DNA of 64,000 nucleotides from Octopus vulgaris (taxonomy: Eukaryota). Position numbers and translations under genes: made by a program. This document shows, piece after piece, positions 12,285 to 25,022 of the stretch. Positions within the stretch are counted from its first letter, which is position 1, and each line of letters starts with the position of its first letter. Below the pieces are notes generated by a model. The model made no database searches. It saw nothing but the letters and a program-made list of their open reading frames with translations, and had not been told where the DNA came from. The stretch lies in assembly GCA_951406725.2 (NCBI GenBank), contig OX597818.1, forward strand, positions 95,170,001-95,234,000, given 5' to 3'.

Positions 12285-13856
12285 ATGAACATGAGAAGGT
12301 TACCTCCAAGCTGGTTTACTCAACTTGGTAGCAGAGTTTCGGACAGAAAATTACGCCCAGTATTTTGTTTGCGACATGGTTTCAATCCCTGTAACTGCCG
12401 TCACACTACTAGTTACTCGAAACTCTATCAAAGTAATAGGTATCAAAAGAGATTTATCCATCACACATCAAGGCCTGTATTTAGTGGCCCCGATAGTGTA
12501 GAGAATCCTCGTCTCGCTCCCTTGCAAGTTACTTCTATACTTCGTGTCAACGAACTCAGTGTCGATGTAAATGAGGGAGCGGTGAAGTATTTCGAATCCA
12601 ACCAACTCCAGTCCAACAATCCTATTGAAGATCGACGAGGAAATGCCAAGTTTATCGGCAGCCCTAAATTTTTGTTCGGTGTTTTCGATGGACATGCAGG
12701 CTGTGCTTGTGCACAAGCTATAAGTGAAAGGCTCTATTATTATATCGCTTTGATGATTTCACCCCCACATTTGATAGAAAAAATTGTCCATATACTGAAG
12801 GATCGCGGGCTCGATATCCATTCAACTGGGATTTTAAACTGGTATCGAGGCCCACACGACTATGTGAACAAAGAACTTTCTCCAATGTATAGTAAAAGCT
12901 TGGTTAAACTGGCAAATGAGATATTAGCGCTGTATATTGAGGAAGAATCCACGATTGATGATCATTTATTGAGTGCATTTTGTCGACTGGATCAGGATAT
13001 TGTACAAGAAGCACTACCGAATTATTCCAAAAATGTGAGTAACTTCGAAGCCATGCAGATAGCTTTTTCTGGTTCCTGTGCTTGCGTTGCTATGGTGGAC
13101 GGTACAAACTTGTATGTTGCTAACACTGGTGATTGCAAAGCTGTTTTAGGGGTCAATGTTGGAGATGACCAGTGGGAAGCCAAAGAACTGTCCCATGACC
13201 ACAACGCTGACAATGTCCAAGAATGTAGAAGACTAGTGAATTCTCATCCGAACGAAGGAACTCATTTGATAAGAAACGGTCGCTTACTGGGCGACTTAGC
13301 CCCCTTAAGAGCCTTTGGAGATGTACGTTATAAATGGCCGGCCAGAGAACTGAAACATGTAGTCAAAACAATGGCTTATTCTACCCCATACGGAAACAAT
13401 TTAATTCCTGCCCACTATCACACACCACCTTATCTGACAGCCGAGCCTGAAGTGATCAGTCGACGCCTCACTCCAAAGGATAAATTTCTGGTGCTGGCAA
13501 CAGATGGACTGTGGGAGATGGTCACTCCTGAGAAAGTTGTAAAAATCATAGCCGGCCACATGGAAGGGAAACAAGTCCATGTTAACTTCAGATTACCTTA
13601 CAGCGAAATCACTTTATCGAATATTAATCAAATCTTGCTGAAGAGAAAAACTAGCCTGGCCAATAAAGCTGAGGATTCTAACGCCGCTACTCACCTAATC
13701 CGTAATGCTCTCGGACCGGAGCATGGTCGTGTGTCTGCTATGTTGACCCTACCAATTCATATATCACGTCTATACAGGGATGATATTACAGTTACTGTTA
13801 TATATTTCGATACAGACTATATACGTGACCATTTTCATCAGACATCGGCAGAATGA
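12285..13856 (+). CDS. PDP1: Pyruvate dehydrogenase [acetyl-transferring]-phosphatase, mitochondrial (PP2C/PPM family), single-exon CDS
   Basis: 523-aa ORF from ATG 12285; Arg-rich, acid-poor N-terminal targeting peptide; SNNPIEDR, FGVFDGHAG, LYVANTGDCKAVLG, LRAFGD, PPYLTAEPEV, DKFLVLATDGLWE, NAATHLIRNALG, RDDITVTVIYF. Confidence 0.95.
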   Translation: MNMRRLPPSWFTQLGSRVSDRKLRPVFCLRHGFNPCNCRHTTSYSKLYQSNRYQKRFIHHTSRPVFSGPDSVENPRLAPLQVTSILRVNELSVDVNEGAVKYFESNQLQSNNPIEDRRGNAKFIGSPKFLFGVFDGHAGCACAQAISERLYYYIALMISPPHLIEKIVHILKDRGLDIHSTGILNWYRGPHDYVNKELSPMYSKSLVKLANEILALYIEEESTIDDHLLSAFCRLDQDIVQEALPNYSKNVSNFEAMQIAFSGSCACVAMVDGTNLYVANTGDCKAVLGVNVGDDQWEAKELSHDHNADNVQECRRLVNSHPNEGTHLIRNGRLLGDLAPLRAFGDVRYKWPARELKHVVKTMAYSTPYGNNLIPAHYHTPPYLTAEPEVISRRLTPKDKFLVLATDGLWEMVTPEKVVKIIAGHMEGKQVHVNFRLPYSEITLSNINQILLKRKTSLANKAEDSNAATHLIRNALGPEHGRVSAMLTLPIHISRLYRDDITVTVIYFDTDYIRDHFHQTSAE

Positions 13857-14173
13857 CTATAAATGACTCTAGATTATTGTTTCTACTAATCACAAAGCAT
13901 GGTATAACTTCTTACCTTTCTTGTTTTAAAATTTATTTATGTGTGTATGTTTAAAAAAGAAAAAGCAAAAATATGAAATTTAGGAACTGTTTTTAACAAA
14001 TGCTTTCTCCTTCACAGAGGTCTGACTGCCTCTCTGTAAGTACATACAACCCTTGTTTCTGCTTTTTTACTTGTTACGTTTACACACATCTATTCGTTTG
14101 TTGTAAACCTAAGACTCTGAACAACAAAACAATCTCTTGTTTACATACTGCAATTTAATTCTCAACATTCTTA

Positions 14174-14185
14174 CACACACACACA

Positions 14186-14258
<73 letters not shown>
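14174..14258. repeat. Compound (CA)n(CT)n(TA)n microsatellite in the probable PDP 3' UTR
   Basis: Direct reading. Confidence 0.9.
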
Positions 14259-14262
<4 letters not shown>

Positions 14263-14980
14263 CTATGCCTATAATTCTATTTCTTCTACCTCTCAGAAAT
14301 CTATTCGATTTTTGTCAAATTTTCCTCCGAATGATATTCTGCCACCTTAAAAAGTGGTGGAGAGGGAAAGACACATTGAATAACATAATCAAAGATACAC
14401 TGTTCCTGAAAATAGATAGGATGGTCATGGCTGGAAAGACTTCGCTCATGCTCTACTCAACCGAAGCTGAAGCGAAACTGGACAGTAACAACCGCTCTGT
14501 TAGTGTATCTGTCTTTATCACACTACTGTTTTCTATGTTCAATATTTGAATGAAAATATCCATCTACGTACCTACCTCTTTCTCTGCCTACCTATCTATT
14601 TATTAACTATTTATTATATACTTACCTACCTATATATCTATCTGTCAACCTACACACTCACACAGACATGCATCAACACGATTGTACCATTCCAGAGACA
14701 GAAAGTCAGAACAAGTCAGCAGAAATGTTTCTACTGTTATATTTAATGTATGTTATGCAAAGTATTATTATTATAATAATTTTGTTGTTGTTATATCTGC
14801 TATTATCATTCATTATTACTTATTTAATTATTCCACAAGTTGAACAGTTTATTTTTCTATATAACTTTTACCTCCAAGGTTGTTCGAGTGACGAGGTTTA
14901 ACAATAAATTCTCCCAAACAAAATTTGTCCACAAAAATGGAAAAAAAAAAACAAACCCTCAAAAATTCTCTCTGCATTCA

Positions 14981-15270
14981 ATGAGCTTATTGTATTCAGT
15001 GCACAGGTGCACTACAATTCATCAGAACCGGATCAAAGAGGTTAGAAAGCAGCAATAGGTCAATACAAGAGAGAAAAGGGAACGCTAAAAGAGTCATAGA
15101 GACAAGGATGACAGGGGACATAGGTATGTCAGTCAGTAATACTGCTGAATTTCAGGAAGCATGGAATTTTTAAGGATATAGTTTTCTTGACAACTAAAAA
15201 CCAATGTGAGTAGTTTGTTCCAAGCTTTAACAATTTTGAATGTGAAAAGTTTGTGATAGTCATGGGTGTT
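14981..15270 (-). mobile_element. CR1/L2-like LINE 3' fragment
   Basis: Similar to 28748-29150; minus strand resembles the F..RIV.AWN.L LINE C-terminus. Confidence 0.55.
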
Positions 15271-15698
15271 ATATTGTTTTTTTTTTTGTCTTTTTTAAAA
15301 AATATTTTATAAGCATGTCCATGGGTGGTAGAACTGACAAAATGGCTGAATTGATAGGATGTCTGTTGATTAACAGATCGGTTATCAATTCATATCCTAT
15401 CACTATCACTGCTATGTGTTCATGGTCAGCATTTTTTAAATTTTCACTGGTCCAGTTCATTTAACTGCAAATAGGTTCTTTCGGATGGTTCCCCCTACTA
15501 AGCTGGAAACAGCAATAGTACTGTTGTTGTTATTGTTTACTTCTAGTTACCATACCATTATATAACATTCCAGCCTTGGACATCACAACTTTTTGTATAT
15601 CTTGAATTGTTTCAGTTGTTCTCAACTATCTTTTACCTATGGACTCCCATATATTCCAATTTTAATTGAATATATGGACCATCATAGAATAATAGACC

Positions 15699-16363
15699 AT
15701 CATAGCTATTCAATGTTTAAAAAAATCCTATTAAAATTGTTATAATTAAATCAAAAAATTGTTAAAATATTTTGTGTAACTAATTTATTGCACATAATTT
15801 TTAACAACAAAATTTTACATGGACCCCCAAGAGTCATATGGTCCTTGATTGAGAACTACTGGACTATATTATCCAATGTCCTTCCTTATTTTTTAGACAG
15901 GATGGTGTGATTTGTGAAAATCATAGCTATTCAATGTTTAAAAAAATCCTATTAAAATTGTTATAATTAAATCAAAAAATTGTTAAAATATTTTGTGTAA
16001 CTAATTTATTGCACATAATTTTTAACAACAAAATTTTACATGGACCCCCAAGAGTCATATGGTCCTTGATTGAGAACTACTGGACTATATTATCCAATGT
16101 CCTTCCTTATTTTTTAGACAGGATGGTGTGATTTGTGAAAATCATAGCTATTCAATGTTTAAAAAAATCCTATTAAAATTGTTATAATTAAATCAAAAAA
16201 TTGTTAAAATATTTTGTGTAACTAATTTATTGCACATAATTTTTAACAACAAAATTTTACATGGACCCCCCAAGAGTCATATGGTCCTTGATTGAGAACT
16301 ACTGGACTATATTATCCAATGTCCTTCCTTATTTTTTAGACAGGATGGTGTGATTTGTGAAAA
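15699..16363. repeat. Tandem triplication of a 221-bp unit (part of a hAT MITE plus flank)
   Basis: Units start at 15699, 15920 and 16141; nearly identical. Confidence 0.95.
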
Positions 16364-19300
16364 TTTGGCTGGTATTGTCAAAAAACTGCATAGTATCCCC
16401 CACTGCTATTACCCATCTTTGTTGCCGATACTGTATAGATGCTTTATTAATTTGCAATGCTAAGTTCAAATCCTAACATAGGCATAGATATCACTTAGAA
16501 AGAAAGGTAGGCTCTTATTGAATCATTGTAAGAATACTGCATCAAATTTTAGTCTTCAATGGTACTACAACAACCCACTAAGTTGTGAGATGTCTTGGCT
16601 TATCCATCCCATCTCAGGAATTGTTCTGTTACCTGCTATGATATTGAGCAGTAAAGGCCAAAATGACTAAATGCTCAGCCCACATTCCAGATTCAAACGG
16701 AATAAAATTATTTCTAAATTTCACAAAATTAGTGTGAATTCTAGAATTAAAACCCTTGGTCTCTTTTCTATTCGAATGATGCTCCTGTCTGAAACCCTAT
16801 AATTGTCTTCTTGTGGCATGTAATTTTGTGAAGTTAATTTCTTTGAAAAAATTTCTACTGACACACAATGCCACTTATTTCCTTAGAGTCTGGTGGTGGT
16901 GTTAAGGATTTTAAACTTTGGCTTTATGAAAGAATGAAGATTTCTAAGAAGTGGTGTATAGTCTATTGAGTTGACATCACTAACACTTATTTTATTGATC
17001 CAGAAGGAATGAAGACTAAATTATCCAATGTGTTCCTGTCTTTTTTTTTTAAGACAGTAAGGGAGAATTTGAGGGATATTTTTGGCTGCTATATTTAGTA
17101 GGTTGGGTGACTTTAAGGACTCCCTCTTGTATAAAACGGAAATTAGTATCTATATTAACAACTATTTTACATAAGATTGTCCAATTGGCTAACTTAGATT
17201 ACCAAATGTGCTTCATACTGTGGCTTTTATGGGATGTTTTCATGTGAGTAGGTGTAGGGAGGAAATGGCAATAATGTTAAAGGTTCAAAGTAGATCGTGG
17301 CTGAATAAAAGTTGTGTTTAAAAGTGAGGAACGGATCAAGTATATTTTAAGAGTCAGCAGGTCAGGGAAGAACCAAAGCAAGAGAAGAGACTGATAGGTT
17401 TTATTTCATCCCAAGTCAGCTTTCATCAAGTAGATGTATATAGTCAGAGGCATCCAAGCTGTGACCATTTCTTTTGTTCAGATACAGAATATTCAGGACT
17501 ACATCATCCAAGGCATTGTTCCTTCTGTTTAAAAGGGTGGGGGTATTAGTTCTAGTCAGTCAAACAATTACATAGATGCTCCCTCACTGAGTCAGACCAA
17601 TCAAGATTTTTCTTAAATGGGTGATCATTCAACAGAGAATATTATGAAGGTATGAAAGAAGAAAGAGTGACCAAGGGCAATTCTTTCAGATAGGCAGTCA
17701 GGCCAATAAGGGTGCCTCTATGTAGTCATTCAACTCGATAGAAATAACAGGTAAATCTCCCACAAATTACACCCTACTGTCATGAAGAAAACACATTTCA
17801 CAAGGTTGTCATAGGTTCCCTGAACATTAGAAAAAAAGACAGGCTGGTCATGGTTGGAATGTCTTTAATGATATGTCTGCTTGATCAAGTTTAACCTTGA
17901 GCTAAATAGCATAACATCATATGTCTATTTGCAGCCAGCTAAAACTACCTCCCTATTTACAGCCAGTTTAACTGAGCTTTTAATAGTTTAATATATTCAT
18001 GGGGACACATTGTAATCTGTATGTAAGATTTAAACATTTGACTTTCTGCTTAATAGACGAGTACGCTGTGATCTCAACGACTGACTCATATTTTATACAT
18101 CTAGATGAAGTTTATTCTGTGTATTTTCAATTAGCTTGTCATTGCTGTCTTCATATGATTCTTTATATCATTTTTGTATAGCAAACTATAAATAACTTTG
18201 TCAGATGGAATTCATTAAGGTAAATTTTCTATGGCTGGATGCCCTTCCTGTTGCTAACCCTCACCTGCTTCCAAGCAAGATAATATTTCTCTACAGTTGG
18301 ACATGTTTTCATAGGAGATTGAAAACAAACAAGACTGCTTGTATGACATTTACAACTATCAAGCAATGTCAAGTCAAAGAGACAAACACACACATGTATG
18401 TATATGTGATATATATATAGTAGGCTTCTTTCAGTTTCAGTCTATGAAATCAATTCACAAAGTTTTGGTCAACCTAGGTCTATAGTAGAAGACACTTGCC
18501 TAAAGTGTTGCACAGTAGGTCTGAACCCAAAACCATGTGGTTGGGAAGCAAACTTTTTAATGACACAACCAATAGGATAAAAATATAGAATTTTAATAAT
18601 AATAAGCTTATTGGATACAGTGATCAACTCACTGAAAAAGGTAAAAGAGAGGACAGAAAGTAACAATAACTCAAGTAAAGAAAGGTGGAAATGATGGCCA
18701 AAAGTGCAAGTGCAATATATAGAGTAAAATGCAAGAAAACAGAAAAGCCACGAAGAAGAAAGGGTGCATAGGCATGTCAGGTTATTCTCTGGATTTAATA
18801 ATGGATTTGGTTTGAAATTCTAAACAGCTGAAATATGACTATTATAACCAAGATGAAGACACTATTGTGTGTTTGAGAAGCTTGTTTTCCAACCATATGG
18901 GCAGGTGTTTTTTACTATAATCCCAGGTTGATCAAATTCCTATGAGTGGATTTGGTAAACTGAAAGAAGCCCATCATACATATATATATGTTTGTGTGTA
19001 CTCTTGTCTTTACATTATTGTTGTAAACGAGCATCACCATCGTACAAGTGGTGTTTGTTTATAATCTGCCATGAAAACATGTCTGGTTATGGAAACATAT
19101 TACCTTACTTGGAAACAGGTGAGAGATGTTGACAAGAAAAACATCTGGCTTCAGAAAATCTGCCTCAACAAATTCTGTCTGACCCATGCAATCAGGGAGA
19201 AGTGTACTTTAAATGAGGAGGATATAATTCCTTATCTCTGAAATAGATTAGTTTTAGCTAAAACAAATAGGTATCCTTCCTACTCTACAAACATGCTTTA

Positions 19301-19544
19301 CAGATGAACGATACCTGATCAAATCAGTGTGACAGAAACTTGTATAGAGTCCTGGCATTTTTCTGAACATATATCAAATTTCTTGAATTCTTTGACATTA
19401 CTGAAACGAAAATGAAGAGGACAACTTGAGATGAGTAAAGGAAAATGACACCACACATAACTCACCGATAGTAGTTTCTTTTGCAAATGGGGAGTATGTA
19501 CAAGTTATTGCCCTTGCATTGAACTGTCGCTTGTTTATTTAGAG

Positions 19545-19855
19545 CAGTGGTTCTCGACTGGGGTCCACATGAACCCTGATGTTCTGTGTAAGATTTTTAG
19601 GGTGTCAACACAACAAAATAGTAAATTGAGGATCCAGAATAGTATATTAAGGGCCTCTGAAAAAATTACCTTCCTGATGTATGTATTGCAAGAAACAGCT
19701 TTAATGTTTTACATAGTTCAAACAACACAAGTGAAGATGTGAAAAGCAAGAATTTTGAAAGAAGTATCTATAAAACTAGTTTTTAAACATCGAATGGCTA
19801 GTAATAAAATAGTAATCAATGGGGCTCGTAGATAAAAGATGGTGGAGGACCATTG
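19545..19855. mobile_element. hAT (Charlie-like) MITE
   Basis: TIR CAGTGGTTCTC / GAGGACCATTG; 8-bp TSD ATTTAGAG at 19537-19544 and 19856-19863. Confidence 0.9.
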
Positions 19856-19955
19856 ATTTAGAGTTTAATGCTTCTCAAACTAACATATAGCAGCCTCAAA
19901 ATGTAAAATGTTTTTGCTACTTTTCCTCATTTTCATTAATAAGATGACAAAATTT

Positions 19956-20193
19956 CAGCATGGAAGGTGTTTATAAGCCATTTAAGAAACACACAAAATC
20001 CGTTAGGTTTACTTCAACATTTAAATTTAATTTGTCAAAATATTTTCGCCGCTTTGAGACCGTGACCTGTTCACTGATAAAATTCCGTGCAGCATCTCTT
20101 AAATGGCTTATAAACACCTTCCACGCTGCAATTGTTTTTGTTCCAGCACACGATCTCAGATCAGGTCACTTGCTATGCAAGTACATTTCCATA
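19956..20193 (-). mobile_element. Penelope-like solo pseudo-LTR with short inverted segment
   Basis: 12-bp direct repeat ATGACAAAATTT on both sides; 31-bp IR at 19956-19986 / 20098-20128; internal hammerhead motif. Confidence 0.7.
20031..20081 (-). ncRNA. Minimal hammerhead ribozyme motif, G3:C8 variant
   Basis: TTTATCA-GTGAACA-g-GTCAC ggtctcaaa GCGGC-GAAA-ATAT-T-T-TGACAAA; palindromic stem III AATATT. Confidence 0.6.
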
Positions 20194-21150
20194 ATGACAA
20201 AATTTGTTTTGCAAGTATGTAATTCTTTTTTTTAACCACAGTGTTTAACAAAATTTAAAAAGTCAGAAACCATCTTAATTTTATTAAATAATTGCCCTCT
20301 TTTTCAGTTTTCATAGCTGTACCACTTATGAGAAACACTGGTTTTGCCCCAGATTAAGCAGATCTCTGGGATCAAAAGTTCAAGCTTTGATTATTCCATT
20401 TGTCCCCATCTGCCTCTTCTGTTTATTTCTTTTAGGCAGGCATAGCTGGTTTGTTAAGAAGCTCACTTTACAACCATGTGACTTACTATACATATTCTGT
20501 ATAGTACTTTGGCTGTTTCCTAATACAGCCCCACACCAACCAATGCCTTGCGAGTGAATTTGGTAAGTGGAACCTGTTGTGTGTGTGTGTGCTTCCACAA
20601 CCACACTACTTAATCAGTGTTGGTTTGTTTACATCCCTGCAGCTTAGGAGCTTAGCAAAAGAAACCAGTAGCATAAGTACCAGACTTCAATAAATAAGTA
20701 CTGGAGTCAACCAGTTTGACTAAAACTCCCTCATGGCAATACCCACTCCAGCATGGCCACAATCCAATGATTGAAACTAGTAAAAAATAAAAGATAGTGT
20801 ATTCTGGACTACATTATCAAATGTGTCCGCTGCATTTATTTGGGTGGTAGTGTGTGATATAAAGGAGTTTTAGCTTCTGTTTCTAGCAAGTTGATTGACC
20901 TTGTTAAGACACCTCTACTTGTAAAAAGAAAAGTAGAGTTGTTGGATATAGTTGTTGTTGTAGCCAGCTCTGCTTAAACAATCCTGTAACCCAGCAGAGA
21001 ATAATGAAGTAACGGGTTGAAGTCCATGGGTCATGTACCTTTTGCTGTGTTTGTTGGAATCATTGTATTGTACTACTCAATGTCTTGTAATGTTTAGTTC
21101 AGTGTTTCCTCTATGGGATGAAAGCTGTGGTGATTGAAAAGAAGGTGAAC

Positions 21151-21570
21151 AGGAGTGGCTGTGTGGTAAGTAGCTTGCTTACCAACCACATGGTTCCGGG
21201 TTCAGTCCCACGGCGTGGTACCTTGGGCAAGTGTCTTCTACTATAGCCTCGGGCCAACCAAAGCCTTGTGAGTGGATTTGGTAGACGGAAACTGAAAGAA
21301 GCCTGTCGTATGTATGTGTTTGGGTGTCTGTGTTTGTCCCCCCACCCCAACATCGCTTGACAACCGATGCAAGCTGGCCCTTGTGCTGGTGGCACGTAAA
21401 GGCACCCACTACACTCTCGGAGTGGTTGGCATTAGGAAGGGCATCCAGCTGTAGAAACTCTGCCAGATCAAGATTGGAGCCTGGTGCAGCCATCTGGTTC
21501 ACCAGTCCTCAGTCAAATCGTCCAACCCATGCTAGCATGGAAAGCAGACATTAAATGATGATGATAATGA
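21151..21570 (+). mobile_element. tRNA-derived CORE-like SINE (family 1) with RTE-type 3' tail
   Basis: A/B boxes (TGGCTGTGTGG, GGTTCAGTCC), CCTTGGGCAAG core, tail matching the RTE 3' UTR. Confidence 0.9.
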
Positions 21571-23214
21571 TTAATGTGGTGGTCTATGTTATTTAAGTAG
21601 TTGTATTAATATAGTTGATTGTGCATGTGTGTTTAAGTGTAGCAATATAGTTAACATTTATATGGAAGCTGTATCCACATTTTGTGGTCCATGTAGTGTA
21701 AATTATAATATCCAAAAAAACTTCAGTGATCTGTATATTATACTTAAAACAGATATATGGCTGTAAGACTTCTAAACTGTGGTGTTTGTAATAAGAAAGC
21801 ATCTCATATAGATGTATAGTGTTAGAAAATACAGAAACATACCAACAGCAAGCAAAAATCAACCAAGTTTTAGGGTTAGGGTTGTCATAAATAACAGTGA
21901 CAAACGAAATATACACTGCCCGAAGTTCTTGACAAACAACAGCAGTAATTTTATTCAGCTGAATACACGTCATTGATTGGTTGAAATTACCGAAATACAA
22001 CTACTTTAATGTGAAATAACTTTGTAAATAAGATTTCTGTTATTTTGAGCTTCATTATTGGCACCACATGGTAAGTAAATGGCTGCTGCTGATATAGTTA
22101 AATAGTGATTGAAAAGTCACCAATGTTGCATTTAGTCATCAGGCTAGATTTTGATGTGTGTTGAGGATTCTCTTATTGCAGGTCATGTGTGTGTTGTATA
22201 GCACTTGTTGTCATTAAGTTCTGATGATGAAAAATATATGTTTGTTATTTGTCTTTGAGTGTGAAAGGCTTCTTTCAGTTTCCATCTACAAAATATACAT
22301 TCCCAAGGCTTTAGTTGGTCCAGGGCTGTAACAGAAGATGCTTGTTCAAAGTGCCGTGCAATGGGATTGAAACTGAAATATCGTTGGAAAGCAAAATTAA
22401 ACATACAGCCATGCCTGCACCTATCCCTGCTGTATATTTGTTCTATTGTACATTGTTTAAGTATTGATACCTACATTCTGTCTTCCTTCATTCTGACACT
22501 GAGGATTTTTCAATGTTGAAGTTGGAAGGCATTTAGCTCAACTTGAATGATTCAAATAAACCACCTCAACCTGAAAATTAGCAGTCAATTGGATTTGAGC
22601 CAGTGTCTCCTATGAAAACATCATAGCAACTGTGACCAACACCATAATATACATCACCACCACCTGACTATGCATCACAACAACCAACAGTTGGAGAGTG
22701 ACTGCTACTGCTGCTAACATAACACCAAGGAGTTTGAATAGGGTAACAGAACCAGTGTAACTAGACATTTCCTGGACCGTTTCCTTCTGACTCTAGGCCT
22801 TTGCACCTGAAATATAAAGGTTTCTGTAAAACTTCCTACATTATCAGAAGCTTTCCTATTTTCCCATTTTCTTTACCTTCTTCAGTTCAAATAACTGTTT
22901 TATTACATGGTAAGGTCTTACACATGTAATATAAGTTGAAAAACTTTGATTAACTATAATTATCTGTGCAATTAGTGGATAAAAACTCCTATAGGTATTT
23001 AAAATTTAAAAACCAATGAATATAACTGACTATATCAGCCAGTGGAATTTGACTGAAAATAAAAGATTATACAGATAGGAGTGAATCTTGTCTTTAGAAT
23101 CAATTGTTGAAAATAATGAATATGTTCCAGTTTTATTCAGCTCAGTTACACTTAGAAGTGATCAGTATCTACATATTATACTCACACATACATATATTTT
23201 ACTTATACATATAA

Positions 23215-23334
23215 GTGCAGGAGTGGCTGTGTGGTAAGTAGCTTGCTTACCAACCACATGGTTCAGTCCCACTGCATGGCACTTTGGGCAAGTGGATTTG
23301 GTAGATGGAAACTGAAAGAAGCCTGTCTTATATA

Positions 23335-23365
<31 letters not shown>

Positions 23366-23582
23366 GTCTGTGTGTTTGCGTGCCGGTTTGTCCCCCCCCC
23401 CCCACCATCACTTGACAACTGATGTTGGTGTGTTTACATCCCCATAACCTAGCAGTTCAGTAAAAGAGACCAATAGAATAAGTAGTAGGCTTACAAAGAA
23501 TAAGTTCTGGGGTTGATTTGTTTGACTAAAGGCAGTGCTCCAACATGGCTGCAGTCAAAATGACTGAAACAAATAAAAGAAT
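23215..23582 (+). mobile_element. SINE family 1, second tail type
   Basis: Same head; ends ...AATGACTGAAACAAATAAAAGAA. Confidence 0.85.
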
Positions 23583-23911
23583 ACATCCAACCTATTCCAG
23601 CATGGAAAAAGGGATGTTAAATGATGAAATGTATATTATTCCCTACCTTCCCTACTTATCATCCCTCAACACTTGTTCTTCATTTATTATATTCACCTCT
23701 TCACCAACTTCTCCATCTCCCACTCTCCTATACTCTTACAACCCCTACTCACCCACCCTCTGTTCTGTCCCCTCTCACTAATACTCACCTTGTACCTTAA
23801 GAGTCCTTAAAAATCTCCTCCATTTTATTTTTATCACTTCCCAGGTCCACACTGGTCACTTACTTATACCTTCTCTTGTATAATATGAGCTGCTATGTAT
23901 ATCCTCTACAG

Positions 23912-24400
23912 CAGGGGTAGGGAAACCCCCACCTGCGAGCACATTCTATTGTGCCTGCAGGCCGATATACTCATATGTACAAAATATAATACATTTTTCA
24001 ATTATAAAATTTATACAATATTTGTATGCCTGTTTGCGACTTAAAATGGTTGGACTTGAACAGAAATCATCCGGTGATTGCCATTTGAATGGAAATTTTG
24101 TTTTCACTATAGAACACATATTGCTAGGTTTGTACCACCCCCTTGAAACCCAACTACACTCTAGCTGAAAAATATAGAACACTGCATAAGTAATATAAAC
24201 GTCCTAAATTCGGTGGTGGCTTTAATGAAGATGTTACACATTAATTTAATGTGTTAAACTTATCTGTATTAATGTATATCGAATTATACATAGATATATA
24301 CAAGATTTACAGATATATAAGATTTAGAACTTGTAGTCTGCCTGCGGACCTTTTCCGTTGGAAATTTTTGCCTGCCCACTAAAAAGTTTACCATCCCCTG
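23912..24400. mobile_element. hAT MITE
   Basis: TIR CAGGGGTAGGGAAAC / GTTTACCATCCCCTG; 8-bp TSD CTCTACAG. Confidence 0.9.
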
Positions 24401-24667
24401 CTCTACAGCAAGAAACTCATTCTGATCTATTCCTTCATACTTTAACCTCTCATCACCCAGCATAAATACGGCAACCTCAATGAGTGCTTTTCTGTGGATG
24501 ATGCCAGGTAGACAGCACCCAGCACATTCTGTAAAGTGGTTGGCATTGGGAAGAGCATCCAACAGATATTGCAGTCCTCTGATAAGCCTTTCAAACCAGC
24601 CAGCCCATGCCAGCATGAAAGACAAGCATTCAAAGATGGTAGTGATGATTCTATATACTTACATTTG

Positions 24668-25022
24668 GCGTGGCTGTGTGGTAAGAAGCTTGCTTCTCAG
24701 CCATATGTGCAGTCCCACTGTGTGGCACCTTGGGCAAGTGTCTTCTACTATAGCCTTGGGGTGACCAAAACCTTGTGAGTGGATTTGGTAGACAGAAACT
24801 GAAAGAAGCTTGTTGTATATATTTATGTGTGTGTCTTTGTATCTGTATTTATCTCCCCATCATCGCTTGACAACCAATGTTGGTGTGTTTATGTCCCTGT
24901 AACTTAGTGGTTCAGCAAAAGAGACTGATAGAGTAAGTCCTGGGGTTGATTTCTTTGATTAAAAGCCTTTAAGGGAGTGCTCCAACATGACCGCAGTCAA
25001 ATGACTGAAACAAATAAAAGAA
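24668..25022 (+). mobile_element. SINE family 1, second tail type
   Basis: Head, core and tail as in 43746-44149. Confidence 0.85.

Noticed and set aside
15699-16363. CRISPR-like array
   Set aside because: Whole units are identical with no unique spacers, and the context is eukaryotic.
21151-21225. tRNA gene
   Set aside because: The A/B boxes belong to multi-copy SINE heads; no complete cloverleaf.
21870-21884. TTAGGG telomeric repeats (also CCCTAA near 10688)
   Set aside because: Only two units; chance or part of a repeat.
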